DNA of 64,000 nucleotides from an uncultured Thermoplasmata archaeon (GCA_964516805.1 CAZEXI010000004.1:710-64709), one strand, 5' to 3'. Counted from the first letter of the stretch, positions 18,158 to 28,342 are shown. Numbers and translations are program-made. The notes: a model not told the origin generated them from the letters alone.

Positions 18158-18937
18158 TTAATTGACTATCATTCTTTCTTCCTCTTCTTCTTTTTGTATA
18201 TCTTCTTCCTGCTCCATTATATCTTCATAATCTTCGATATGCTCCTTTCCGACTTTTAATGACTCTTCCTCAGGAACATATAGGAAAACCACTACCATAG
18301 TACCCGCAGTTATAGCTGCAGCTATTAAGGCTATATACCAGGAAGTAGTTCCTCCCCAGCTAGTTTCCATCTTCATTCCTTCAACATTTTCACTATCAGA
18401 TCCAAAGAAATTATTGCTCATCTTATCCATTGTGTCTCCATAGAACACACCGCCAGGTGTTTGTTCATCATCACCAATCGCAGTTGGAAGAGAAGTCATC
18501 ATGTATATCGGCGCTATTATTGCAAAAGCAAATCCGATTGCCAAGACTAGTACTGCAATCTTTGGATTGAAACTCCCTCTAGTCACCATATAAATCAATC
18601 CTGCACCAACACCGATTATAACTATTGCGATGATGACGAATATCCTTGTATTCGAAAATACTGAAGTCATCTTTAAATCCTTGTCATGATCTTCTTCTGT
18701 TTCGTCTTTCTCTGTTTCTCCAAGTGACGTGTATTTTGTTTCTGTGATACTGCGATCATAATACGCATCGTAGTTCATCTCACTCTTATAATCATATTCT
18801 TCATAGTATCCGCCTTCGTATTCATAGTTGCTTTCCATACTTCCCTGTACATTGTACCAGGGGAAAAAGAATGTCAGAATCAGCAATATCACTGCAATTA
18901 CAGATAGCACTAAACCCACCATAGGTTTCATTTCCAT
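18158..18937 (-). CDS. Hypothetical four-pass membrane protein, highly acidic loops and tail
   Basis: 259 aa with four hydrophobic segments and a Y/E/D-rich first loop. No recognisable family. Confidence 0.55.
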   Translation of the reverse strand: MEMKPMVGLVLSVIAVILLILTFFFPWYNVQGSMESNYEYEGGYYEEYDYKSEMNYDAYYDRSITETKYTSLGETEKDETEEDHDKDLKMTSVFSNTRIFVIIAIVIIGVGAGLIYMVTRGSFNPKIAVLVLAIGFAFAIIAPIYMMTSLPTAIGDDEQTPGGVFYGDTMDKMSNNFFGSDSENVEGMKMETSWGGTTSWYIALIAAAITAGTMVVVFLYVPEEESLKVGKEHIEDYEDIMEQEEDIQKEEEEERMIVN

Positions 18938-19050
18938 TTTATATCACCCTCCTATTTCAAAACGAATAAGAGATATAAACATATTTAATAATTTCTATAA
19001 TAAAAATGCAAGAATATAAAAAAAGATAAAATATAAAAATAGGTGTTTTT

Positions 19051-20550
19051 TTATCGTTCTCGATCGTAGTAATCGGACCATTCCTCTTTTTCTTTCGATG
19101 TTTCTCTATCGTACCTGTCCCTTTGAATAGAATCATCACTTTTTCTGTAAAGTAAGGTCACGATGATTACTAGTGCTAAACCTGCTACGAATACCATGAA
19201 TATTGGTCTCCCAAGTATTCCTCCTGGTCCAGTAGGTCCCTCATCGTCATCTGTGGAACTTGTAACTTCTAGATATGCGCTTCCTGACTGAGCTGGATCG
19301 TGGTATATTTGTTCTCCACCGGGATAGTTCAGTCCACCCCAAATCTGGAAACCTATGAAGTTATCCGTGAATGGTCCAATATGAACAATAGGTGCTCCAC
19401 CCATGATCTGAGCCGTCATTTTGTCTGGTGCTTCATCGACTGTTACATTGGATTCCCATTTAAACATTCCAACCCTAGACCATTTACTTCCATACTGAAT
19501 CCTGTTCTGCTTTAGAATTTTCTCTTGGAATCGTCTTGTATCACTGAAATTTGTATCTTCTTCTCCATCTTGTGTCCTGAATTTAGCTCCTTCCTGCGGC
19601 AGTTTTTGATGCATAAATCTCCTGTACCAATTATTCGGTCCATCTGGATACCTGTTTCCGAACATATTATGAAAACCCATCACTAACATAGGATTCTGAT
19701 TATCTTCCTCATAATCCCATCCATCTATTTCATGATCCCATTTCATATCATAATCTCCTACTACTCCGTTTACCTTCTGAGACCCATTTCTGTTAGCATT
19801 TCGGAATACTCTTCTGTCTCCAATTCCTTTTCTAACTTCAACATCAAATGAAGGCATCTCAACATCTTCAACTTCCCTTGTTCCAGCAGTTAGGTGGAAT
19901 GTAAAATTCACATATTCTAGTACTTCTTCATCCATGCCTGGTGTAAGTGAATAACCAACTGGCTCATATGACAAATTTCTAGCAGTCAGTGTAAATTCCC
20001 AAGATGTATTATCACCATCTTGTTCTTCGATCAATTCACTTGATGTCCATTCAGCATCCCTCAGGTTAACGTATTTATATACTTCCTCTAACTCAGAAGT
20101 GATCTTTCCGTCTTCGTCCATCACGAAGTTCACTACACCATTTTGATTGCTATCATTATATTCGTATATCTTACCTATTGTAGTTCCAAGCATAGATTTC
20201 ATTTTAACATAACTATTCTGTTTTTCATCTTCGTTTTGGCCAATTCCAGTCATCTGGACCTGTACTTGAGCTAAATACCTTACCTGAGTGGATACCATAA
20301 CTATCGAATTTGGATTACTGCTCGTTCCCCATATAACTCCGAACATAGCATCAGTACCTGGATCATTACTGAACTTGAAATACCTGTAGGCTCCACCACC
20401 AAATCGATCAGTTGTCCCTTCGTCTACTTCTACGTCCCATGAATTCTCACCCTCATCAGCGTTTACCGGTCCTACTGTAAATATAGAACTTACTGCGAGA
20501 AGTGCGATAACCATGAAAGCTAGATACGTTTTTCCTCTCATTTTGATCAC
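19051..20550 (-). CDS. Hypothetical secreted protein, C-terminally membrane-anchored
   Basis: 499 aa. N-terminal signal (TYLAFMVIALLAVSSIFTVGPVNA), C-terminal TM (IFMVFVAGLALVIIVTLLY) and a roughly 30-aa charged tail. Confidence 0.6.
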   Translation of the reverse strand: MIKMRGKTYLAFMVIALLAVSSIFTVGPVNADEGENSWDVEVDEGTTDRFGGGAYRYFKFSNDPGTDAMFGVIWGTSSNPNSIVMVSTQVRYLAQVQVQMTGIGQNEDEKQNSYVKMKSMLGTTIGKIYEYNDSNQNGVVNFVMDEDGKITSELEEVYKYVNLRDAEWTSSELIEEQDGDNTSWEFTLTARNLSYEPVGYSLTPGMDEEVLEYVNFTFHLTAGTREVEDVEMPSFDVEVRKGIGDRRVFRNANRNGSQKVNGVVGDYDMKWDHEIDGWDYEEDNQNPMLVMGFHNMFGNRYPDGPNNWYRRFMHQKLPQEGAKFRTQDGEEDTNFSDTRRFQEKILKQNRIQYGSKWSRVGMFKWESNVTVDEAPDKMTAQIMGGAPIVHIGPFTDNFIGFQIWGGLNYPGGEQIYHDPAQSGSAYLEVTSSTDDDEGPTGPGGILGRPIFMVFVAGLALVIIVTLLYRKSDDSIQRDRYDRETSKEKEEWSDYYDRER

Positions 20551-20673
20551 TGTTACAAACTTTGTATTTATAAGATATAAAAGTAAAATCTAATTCTATC
20601 ACTAATTCTATCAAATCCATCTCAATCTATCAAACATCACAAATAAATATGGTCATTCACATACTGTTCAACG

Positions 20674-23394
20674 ATGGGGCCTAAAACCAGACTTTTAACT
20701 CATAAAGAAAGGATACTTTTACTTATCGATGAAGTTGATTTTGATAAAGAAGATTACATGGCTCCATACATATTGTGCCAGGACGGGATAAGTGAAGCAC
20801 TAGACATTTTAAAAAATAATGTAAGTAGAGAAATAACTGGGCTGAAAGAGGAGAGTCTCATCAAAGAAGAACTCTCTAGAGTAAAAGGTGTGGAAAGACG
20901 AAGAAACATATATCTACTGACAGAAAAAGGAGAAGAGGCTGCTTATAGAATAGAGAACGAAATATTAGAAGAAGAGATACTCGTGGAAGATAACGGCAAG
21001 AAAAAAATATCATTGAAAGAAGCTTTGGATAGATTGAAAGAAAATCATCAAAATGTAACACCACTACATATAGAAGAATGGTTAAGAAAGAAAGATGTTC
21101 TTCATGTACATAATTTTAAAACCCCATCATTTGTGACAGATGGTACTGAGGAAGAAAAAGTTGAGATGATCGTCAGTGCCCCTTCTAAGGGAGATTTTTA
21201 TGGTAGAAAAGAAGAAATAAAAAACATAACATCGCTTTTAAAAGGATCTGTACCACCGATCGTCTTGATATCAGGAATAGCAGGGATAGGAAAAAGCAGC
21301 TTAGGCATCATGTTGATGGATGAACTCAAAAACAAAAAGGATATACTCTGGTACAGTTTTCAAAAATGGGATAATAAAGAAAGTTTAGGGAAAGTTATCA
21401 GCGATTTCTGTGTAAGAGGTGGTATGAACTCACTAGATACAGAAAAATCCTTACCTATAATTACTACTGAATTTATTGAAAAAATTTCAGGATTAGATCC
21501 AGTTATTTTTTTAGATGACTGTGAAAATTTATCCGATGATCTAGAGGTCTTTTTTGAAATAGCTTTAGAACATAAAAAAAGAGGAGAAGATTTTGCTTTG
21601 ATACTGATGAGTAGAAAGAAGATGAACTTTTACGATGTTAGAGACATTATGGACGACCACGTATTCGAGCTTGAACTCGGTCCTCTAGATATAGAATATG
21701 TGAAAGAGATGATCGGAGGAGAAAAAAATGCTGAGAGGATATATGAAAAAACCGAAGGACATCCCCTGTACATTGAACTGAGTAAAAAATATCCTGGTGA
21801 AACAACCAGGATGAACGATTTTATCGAGGATGAGATCTACTCTAAGTTGGAGGAAAGAGAAAAAGCTGCACTGCGTAAATTATCTGTATTCTGGGAGCCC
21901 GTAAGTAAGGATATCATTTTGGATGAAGGAGAATTAGACATACTTATCAGACTAAAGAAAAACAACCTTGTCAAAGAAACCAGAGATGGAAAAGTAACGA
22001 TCCATTCGATATTGAAGGAATTCTTTTATGAACATCTATCTATGGATAAAAGGAAAGAACTTCATCTTAAGGCTGCAGAACGATTGAAAAGGTTTGAAGG
22101 AGTGAAAAAACTTGAAATTCTATATCATTTCGAAAAGGCAGAACGATGGAAAGAAAGCTTAGAATTGATGAAAGAATTGACTCACCAGATCAGTACGTTA
22201 AATGATTCACTTCGTGAGGAGATTATTAAAGGATTTCCGGGTAAAGCGATACCTGAAAACGATAAAGGAGAGTATTATGAAATTTTAGGTAATATCTATC
22301 TTGAATCTGAAGAGTGGAAGAAAGCAAAAGAATACTATCAAAAGGCTGTTGAAAACGGAATGGATTCCACCTTGATGAGAGAGAAATTAGGAGAAGCACA
22401 GATGAAACTTCAGCAGTGGAATGAAACTATCGAATCACATAAAAAAGCACTAAAAAAATATAAAGAAAAGGAAGATAAAAAAGGAGTTGCACGTGAATAT
22501 CTCAGTCTAGGTACAGTTTACAGAAAAAAAGGTGAGTATAAAAAGGCTGAAAAATATTATGAAAATGTTAAGAATATAATCGAAAATAAAGATTATAGGG
22601 ATATCAAGCCAACCTTGTTTAATAATCTAGGAATGTTAGCATTGGCTAAAAAGGATTTTAAAAGATGTGAGGATATGTTATTTAAATCTTTGAAAGTAGG
22701 AGGGGAAAAGGGAGTGATATATGAAAATTTGTCATTACTTTATAAAAATAAAGGGGAAACAGTAAGGTCATTAGAATATTTAGAGAAATCGATCAAAAAT
22801 TATTACTCTAAGGGGAAACAAAAATTAGCTGTTAATCTTCTTCTTGATAGTGCCGATAGATACTTAGAAACTGGTGATGCAGAACAGGCTGTGGATAACC
22901 TCAAGAAAGGGGTCGATATTGAGCAAGAAAAACAATTAGGATTTTCATTATTCAAAAGCACGAAAATGAGCAGGTTAGAGGTCCAACTGCACAATAAACT
23001 TGCAGATGTATTGAGAAATAAAGACTGGACAGGGTGTTTAAATCATCGCATGAGAGCTGTAAAAGGCTTTGCGGATTTAGGAGAACAAGAAAAGTCTGAC
23101 AGAGTCATGTTAAAATACGCGTTTGACTTACATGACAGTGGTAGATCAAAGGAAGCTATTAATGCCTTAGATGAACTCATCAGTAAATTGAAAGAGAAAG
23201 GTGTGATGAACGGTGTTAATGCATGTGAGCTTGAAAAAGCCAGGGTATACAGAAAGATGGGAAGATATCAGGAAGCAAAGAATATCCTAGATGATATCAT
23301 TGAACGATCAAAAGAGATGGGAGATGAAAAGGCACTGAAAAGAGCTAAAGATATCAGAAATAATGTTCTTAAAAAAATGGGTAAAAATACGTGA
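20674..23394 (+). CDS. STAND-type ATPase (archaeal ATPase / PF01637-like) with N-terminal wHTH and C-terminal TPR array
   Basis: 906 aa. FYGRKEEIKNITSLL precedes Walker A GIAGIGKSSLG; Walker B is VIFLDDCE. Multiple TPR-like repeats in the C-terminal half (YYEILGNIYLESEEWKKAKEYYQKA, YLSLGTVYRKKGEYKKAEKYY). Confidence 0.7.
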   Translation: MGPKTRLLTHKERILLLIDEVDFDKEDYMAPYILCQDGISEALDILKNNVSREITGLKEESLIKEELSRVKGVERRRNIYLLTEKGEEAAYRIENEILEEEILVEDNGKKKISLKEALDRLKENHQNVTPLHIEEWLRKKDVLHVHNFKTPSFVTDGTEEEKVEMIVSAPSKGDFYGRKEEIKNITSLLKGSVPPIVLISGIAGIGKSSLGIMLMDELKNKKDILWYSFQKWDNKESLGKVISDFCVRGGMNSLDTEKSLPIITTEFIEKISGLDPVIFLDDCENLSDDLEVFFEIALEHKKRGEDFALILMSRKKMNFYDVRDIMDDHVFELELGPLDIEYVKEMIGGEKNAERIYEKTEGHPLYIELSKKYPGETTRMNDFIEDEIYSKLEEREKAALRKLSVFWEPVSKDIILDEGELDILIRLKKNNLVKETRDGKVTIHSILKEFFYEHLSMDKRKELHLKAAERLKRFEGVKKLEILYHFEKAERWKESLELMKELTHQISTLNDSLREEIIKGFPGKAIPENDKGEYYEILGNIYLESEEWKKAKEYYQKAVENGMDSTLMREKLGEAQMKLQQWNETIESHKKALKKYKEKEDKKGVAREYLSLGTVYRKKGEYKKAEKYYENVKNIIENKDYRDIKPTLFNNLGMLALAKKDFKRCEDMLFKSLKVGGEKGVIYENLSLLYKNKGETVRSLEYLEKSIKNYYSKGKQKLAVNLLLDSADRYLETGDAEQAVDNLKKGVDIEQEKQLGFSLFKSTKMSRLEVQLHNKLADVLRNKDWTGCLNHRMRAVKGFADLGEQEKSDRVMLKYAFDLHDSGRSKEAINALDELISKLKEKGVMNGVNACELEKARVYRKMGRYQEAKNILDDIIERSKEMGDEKALKRAKDIRNNVLKKMGKNT

Positions 23395-23967
23395 TCATGG
23401 CTTTCCTTTTGATTCTCCTCTCACTATACCAGAAGCTATGATATGACTGATCCGGATCGGTTCTGGTAACCTCCCTCTAACTGTGAACAGCTTTAAAAAG
23501 TGTTTTAATTTCTCAAGGTCAGCTCCTTCTGACTGTATATAGATCGGTTTATGCTCTGTTTTGACCTCAAATATTTCCCCTTCCATTATAGCTTTGTACT
23601 TATCCTCCCAATCGTCAAAATGTCCTTTTAGAGCTTCCTTTATGCTCTCAAAATCTGGCTTGTCTCTAGATACACTCATGATAGGTATACCTGTCTCATC
23701 ATATATTCTTTTCAAATTCACCAAATTAAAACCACCTAAAGCTGCACCATCCGTGAATATAACTTTACCCTGCTCTGCAAACCTGGAATCATTTATCATT
23801 TCTATTATCTTTTCAGTGGCATCATCACCATCGACTTCTACTTTAGTGGATAATATCCCTTCTAGGTAATTTGGGGCTCTAACTATACTTCCCACTATTA
23901 GAACATCTTCATCTGAAAACTGGAAAGGTGCATCATCTATACCGATAGCTCGAATCTTGTTTTTCAA
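23395..23967 (-). CDS. DUF99 (UPF0215) family protein, endonuclease V-like fold
   Basis: 190 aa. N-terminal IGIDDAPF motif and a length typical of archaeal DUF99. Confidence 0.65.
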   Translation of the reverse strand: MKNKIRAIGIDDAPFQFSDEDVLIVGSIVRAPNYLEGILSTKVEVDGDDATEKIIEMINDSRFAEQGKVIFTDGAALGGFNLVNLKRIYDETGIPIMSVSRDKPDFESIKEALKGHFDDWEDKYKAIMEGEIFEVKTEHKPIYIQSEGADLEKLKHFLKLFTVRGRLPEPIRISHIIASGIVRGESKGKP

Positions 23968-24019
23968 ACAGCATCACATCTTTCTTTAAAAATATAGTAC
24001 ACTCAACAATTATAAACAT

Positions 24020-24376
24020 TTAGAAAAGTGATAGGTCTCCTGTTATTTTATCTACTTTTTCATTCGGTCCTGGACCTATGCCCAAACATGTTTTTGTGCC
24101 TGGTACTACTTCTGTTAGGCCAGCATCCTGAACAACTTTGGTTACCAATTCTTCCTTCTCGGCTCTCTGCTGTAAGAAATCCATGTGCTCAAGATCATCA
24201 CATTTGACAACTACTTTCTTCTGACCTTCATTGAACCATCTATCGAAGTAATCCCCACTCTCTTTACTCTCAACTGCACATGCTACCGACGCATGAGCTA
24301 CCTGGACAGCTAACTTACCAGGTGATAAGTCAACATCCTTCCTAACTACGACTACTAGTTTATATTTGAAACTCAT
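24020..24376 (-). CDS. pth2: Peptidyl-tRNA hydrolase, archaeal type
   Basis: 118 aa. GKLAVQVAHASV and TCLGIGPGP motifs. Confidence 0.85.
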   Translation of the reverse strand: MSFKYKLVVVVRKDVDLSPGKLAVQVAHASVACAVESKESGDYFDRWFNEGQKKVVVKCDDLEHMDFLQQRAEKEELVTKVVQDAGLTEVVPGTKTCLGIGPGPNEKVDKITGDLSLF

Positions 24377-24377
24377 A

Positions 24378-24932
24378 TTATTCCTCTTCCTCTAAACTTT
24401 CTGCTCTTTCTTTTTCTAATCTCTTCAAATCTTCAACTGTATCTTCTAACTCTTCTTCCAAACTACTTATTTCATCATCACTAGCTTCTTTTTTTCTTGA
24501 CTTTTTTATTTTATCTTTTATATCATGTTGTTTTCTAACAAGACTTTCCATCTCTTCGATCTTATCAAAATCATCGATACAAGTTGAACCTTCATTTGGA
24601 ATAGACCTATCTAATTTAGGATGTAATTTACCCAGCCACTGATAAGCACCACGATACCATCCTGACACAAAAAAAATTATGCTTATTACAGATAATCCAG
24701 ACCAAATATACGGTGATTTATAGAAAGAACCATAACCAACCATCAGGTGTAGATTTCCTAATATATAACCTATCAAGACCACGAAAACAACACTCATAAC
24801 GATACTGTATGCGATCCTGTAGAGTATGTCTAAATCTTTGTCCAACTCATCTTTACCGGGAAACAATGCATTGATAAATGTATACCCAGGAATGAAGAAC
24901 ATAATCAGAGATGCAGCTATTAAGCCAATCAT
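24378..24932 (-). CDS. Membrane protein, DUF1616-like N-terminus with coiled-coil acidic tail
   Basis: FFIPGYTFINALFPGKDELD...LYRIAYSIVMSVVFVVLIGYILG resembles the DUF1616 N-terminal region. About three TM segments. Confidence 0.45.
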   Translation of the reverse strand: MIGLIAASLIMFFIPGYTFINALFPGKDELDKDLDILYRIAYSIVMSVVFVVLIGYILGNLHLMVGYGSFYKSPYIWSGLSVISIIFFVSGWYRGAYQWLGKLHPKLDRSIPNEGSTCIDDFDKIEEMESLVRKQHDIKDKIKKSRKKEASDDEISSLEEELEDTVEDLKRLEKERAESLEEEE

Positions 24933-24973
24933 GCAAAGGTAGATTATATTTTTTATAAAAAGACTTTTTGGAA

Positions 24974-25963
24974 TCAGTCGAACTCGTCGTATATCTCGCC
25001 TACCAATTCCTCCAATGAGTCTTCTAACGTTATTATTCCATCGAATTCTCCTTCTCCATCTTTAACGATAGCCATGTGTATTCTCTCCTTTCTCATCCTT
25101 TGGAATACCTCTGTAACGTCCTGCTCATTTCTTACAAAGTAAGGTTGTCTCATGTAATCTTTTACTTGACCGCCTTCTTTTCCAAGTATTTCTTTACTGT
25201 ATAAAATACCAACCACTTCCTCTGATCCATGTTTGGTAACTGGGAGTCTCGTAAATCCATGTTCATTGATGAAGTCTGAAGCTTCTTCTATGGATAAATT
25301 TGCATCTAGTGCAAATGTGTCTTCTTTGCTTACTTTAACATCCTTAACTTTTCTATCTCCAAACCAGAAAACTCTATGGAGAATGTCCTTCTCAATCTCT
25401 TTTATAACTCCTCTTTCCTCTAACATAGAGGCCAACTGTTTAACCTCTGACTCCGTTACTAACAGTTCATTGAGCTGGGTTTCTCCACCCACGAGGTTTA
25501 CGAAAAAGTCAGAAATCTTATTTAAGACTATTATCAATGGTTTTAATGCTATCGATAGATAATATATCATAGCTGCATTTTTTTGACTGAAGTGTTTCTT
25601 GTTCTTGAGAGAATATCCTTTAGGTGTTATCTCTCCAAATATCAGTAAAATTATTGTGAGAACAGCACTACCTATAGATACCGCCCACCTTCCAAATAAA
25701 TCTTGGACCAATATAGTCACTAAAGTAGGTGCAGCTACGTTAACCACATTATTACCGATCAAAATGGTCGTAATAGTATTATCCATATGATGTTTCAGGT
25801 ACTCTATCTTTTCAGCGTGTTTAACTCCTTCTCTCTTCATCTTAGAGATATCAATTTTAGAGAGTGAGGTCAGCGCAGTTTCGGAACCTGAAAAACGACC
25901 ACTCATATACAAACAAAATACTATCGCGACAAGATACAAAATGATCATAAAGTCCATTTTCAA
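24974..25963 (-). CDS. CNNM/DUF21 transmembrane domain protein with CBS pair (CorC/HlyC-type)
   Basis: 329 aa. The N-terminal four-TM DUF21 has SGSETALTSLS; the C-terminal half is a tandem CBS. Confidence 0.75.
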   Translation of the reverse strand: MKMDFMIILYLVAIVFCLYMSGRFSGSETALTSLSKIDISKMKREGVKHAEKIEYLKHHMDNTITTILIGNNVVNVAAPTLVTILVQDLFGRWAVSIGSAVLTIILLIFGEITPKGYSLKNKKHFSQKNAAMIYYLSIALKPLIIVLNKISDFFVNLVGGETQLNELLVTESEVKQLASMLEERGVIKEIEKDILHRVFWFGDRKVKDVKVSKEDTFALDANLSIEEASDFINEHGFTRLPVTKHGSEEVVGILYSKEILGKEGGQVKDYMRQPYFVRNEQDVTEVFQRMRKERIHMAIVKDGEGEFDGIITLEDSLEELVGEIYDEFD

Positions 25964-26019
25964 TATCCCTTTCCTATTTTAATCTCCGATTCATCGATTA
26001 TGTTTAACATATTTAATCT

Positions 26020-26772
26020 TTATTTGATTTCAAGTAATAACTCTTCTAAATATTTTTTGCTTTTAATCAACTCGTCTTTGGCCCTTCCTTCTATGACGTA
26101 GTTACCATTATAATCATCGAGTGTCTCTATAATGTATTTGAAATTTATTTCTCCGTCGCCCAATGCCAAATGAGAATCCTCCTCTCCTAAATTATCATGT
26201 AGGTGTAAATTTATAGGATTAAACTCCAAAAACTCATCTAAGGCGTTGCTGGTATAAGCATGACCTACGTCTAAACAAAAGTCGAGCTCTGTCTCATCTA
26301 AAAAATCTCTAGTTTCTTCGGGGGTGGAACAAAGGGCTAACCACATTTCAGGTAAGTTCTCCATAGCTATTTTAACACCGTATTCTTCTCCCTTGACTTT
26401 CAGTTTATTCAATGATTCGATGGCTGTTTTCGCAGTTTTATCCCAGTATATACTTAGTGGTGAGTATATCCCAGGGTGAACAGTCACTATTTCAACATCG
26501 ATCTCATTGGCTAATTTTAATGTTTTTTCAATCTCTTCTATAGCTGCCCTTCTTAATGTAGGATTAATGCTGGCAATATTCAAATCATTCATTGGAGAAT
26601 GTATCTGTATCTTCATATCAACTGTACTCAATTGATCTTTTATTTCACCACTGAATTCCCATGAATGATATTTTTCTGCTAAAAATTCCCATCCATCGAA
26701 ATCATCTTTTACTATATCAAGAGCCTCTTTGAAAGGCATAAGACTAAATTTTGGATTAGATGCTAATATCAT
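26020..26772 (-). CDS. Sugar phosphate isomerase/epimerase (xylose isomerase-like TIM barrel)
   Basis: 250 aa. VTVHPG, IAMENL, DVGHA and HLHDN motifs in order. Confidence 0.7.
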   Translation of the reverse strand: MILASNPKFSLMPFKEALDIVKDDFDGWEFLAEKYHSWEFSGEIKDQLSTVDMKIQIHSPMNDLNIASINPTLRRAAIEEIEKTLKLANEIDVEIVTVHPGIYSPLSIYWDKTAKTAIESLNKLKVKGEEYGVKIAMENLPEMWLALCSTPEETRDFLDETELDFCLDVGHAYTSNALDEFLEFNPINLHLHDNLGEEDSHLALGDGEINFKYIIETLDDYNGNYVIEGRAKDELIKSKKYLEELLLEIK

Positions 26773-26773
26773 A

Positions 26774-27160
26774 TTATTCTCCCGTGTCAGTTAATACTTC
26801 AATCAGATCATTTATTTTTTCACTCTGAATTCTTATATCTATACCGCCTAATGGTTGAACCTCATCAGAAAAATTTATCTTCGAATTACAGGAGGCCTGT
26901 TTATTTATCGCAAATTCGCATTTGTTTCCTGTCGCTTTTCTTCTCATGTAACTTCTTGCTGTGTCCCTTATCTGCATGTTTTCAAGTATTGTTTTAAATG
27001 TTTCAAGTTCGGATGTCTTTCCTGATATCTTATTCTCAGTCTTTTTCCATTTTACATCTGGAAAAATATTTGAAAGACATTCTTTAACTTTTGCTGGGTC
27101 CTCTGTTGAATAAAGGGGCGTTTCTATTTTAACATCATATTCAATATCTTCTAGAATCAT
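26774..27160 (-). CDS. Small conserved archaeal protein, possibly UPF0201/COG1931 RNA-binding family
   Basis: 128 aa. The pattern V.IETPLYSTEDPAKV ... FAINKQAS ... PLGGIDIRI resembles UPF0201 proteins. Assignment is from memory only. Confidence 0.4.
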   Translation of the reverse strand: MILEDIEYDVKIETPLYSTEDPAKVKECLSNIFPDVKWKKTENKISGKTSELETFKTILENMQIRDTARSYMRRKATGNKCEFAINKQASCNSKINFSDEVQPLGGIDIRIQSEKINDLIEVLTDTGE

Positions 27161-27288
27161 TCGTAATCACGTCAAAGTTTAGATATATAAAAACCTTATT
27201 TTTTCTTATAAAATCGATAGAAAAATTTTATTAGATAAAACAAGTTTAGTTCCGAAATAGTCGAGAATTTAGTTTTGTTACCCGCAGA

Positions 27289-27362
27289 GGGCTCATAGTC
27301 TAGTTGGTTATGACGTCGCCTTCACATGGCGGAGGTCGCCGGTTCGAACCCGGCTGAGCCCA
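27289..27362 (+). tRNA. tRNA-Val (anticodon CAC)
   Basis: Acceptor GGGCUCA/UGAGCCC, anticodon arm UCGCC-UUCACAU-GGCGG, T arm GCCGG-UUCGAAC-CCGGC, discriminator A. No CCA. Confidence 0.9.
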
Positions 27363-27391
27363 TCATATCATAAGTAAAATTATCTACACAC

Positions 27392-28342
27392 TCATTTCCT
27401 TTTCAATATATTCTCCTGCTTCTCTTCATTTACCAGCAATTTGAATATATCCGGTCTAGAATAATGTCCAGTTACGTCAAAATCAAATCTGCTTCTACAT
27501 ATTTCACCAAGGTCTAACTCCGTATACAATATACCCTCCTCACCATATAGAGGTCCTTCAATAAACTCACCCATAGGAGATATTATCACACTACCACCTC
27601 TGCAGTTAAGTTCTTTTGAATCATCTACATCCTCTTTTAAATAATCAGGATACATATCCGAATCAACATATTGATTACAGCCTAAAACGAAACATCGACC
27701 TTCCAGAGCTATATGTTTCATGGTAGCCTGCCACCTATCCCTTGAATCCGCGGTAGGAGCAAGATATATCTCTACTCCTTTATCATACATAGTCATCCTA
27801 GCTAAAGGCATGTAGTTTTCCCAACATATCAATCCACCTACCTTTCCAAATTCTGTATCTACAACAGTAAGAGTACTACCATCTCCTTCACCCCAGATAA
27901 TTCGTTCAGTACCTGTTGGCTTTATCTTTCTATGCTTTCCTAGAAAACTTCCATCTGGGCCAAAATATAATATGGTGCAGTATAACGTACCTCCCTGTTT
28001 AGAAGGTTCTTTCTCTATAACACCCATGGCAAGAAATATCCTGTTTTTTCGAGCTCTTTTTGATAATATTTCAGTTATTTTACCTGGAATCTCAACAGAA
28101 TTATCATAGTATTTCTGCCAAAGCTTTCTACCCTTATCAGTTCTATTTCCTACATCAGTATCAAAAGTTGAGCCTCTAGGATATGCTGGTATAAATGCTT
28201 CTGGAAATAGTACTAAATCAGCACCATTATCAGAAGCTTCATCGATCAAATCTACAGCCTTACTCACAGTTTTTTCTTTATTGAATAACACCGGTGAAGC
28301 TTGGACAACAGCAACTTTAACTTTTCCTTCTTGGTCAGACAT
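27392..28342 (-). CDS. Nitrilase / carbon-nitrogen hydrolase family protein
   Basis: VKVAVVQ start, FPEAFIP (Glu), HRKIKPT (Lys) and CWENYMP (catalytic Cys) form the nitrilase triad. Start set at MSDQEG. Confidence 0.85.
   Translation of the reverse strand: MSDQEGKVKVAVVQASPVLFNKEKTVSKAVDLIDEASDNGADLVLFPEAFIPAYPRGSTFDTDVGNRTDKGRKLWQKYYDNSVEIPGKITEILSKRARKNRIFLAMGVIEKEPSKQGGTLYCTILYFGPDGSFLGKHRKIKPTGTERIIWGEGDGSTLTVVDTEFGKVGGLICWENYMPLARMTMYDKGVEIYLAPTADSRDRWQATMKHIALEGRCFVLGCNQYVDSDMYPDYLKEDVDDSKELNCRGGSVIISPMGEFIEGPLYGEEGILYTELDLGEICRSRFDFDVTGHYSRPDIFKLLVNEEKQENILKRK

Noticed and set aside
19051-19200. PGF-CTERM/archaeosortase sorting signal at the C-terminus of the 499-aa secreted protein
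   Set aside because: There is no PGF motif (the sequence is GPGGILGRPIF). The TM is followed by a roughly 30-residue charged cytoplasmic tail, which is too long for a sorting signal.
20674-23394. Orc1/Cdc6 or antiviral Avs-type defence STAND
   Set aside because: The ATPase is followed by TPR repeats rather than the Orc1 C-terminal winged helix. The N-terminal domain looks like a DNA-binding wHTH rather than a nuclease, protease or other effector. It is kept only as a regulator-type STAND.
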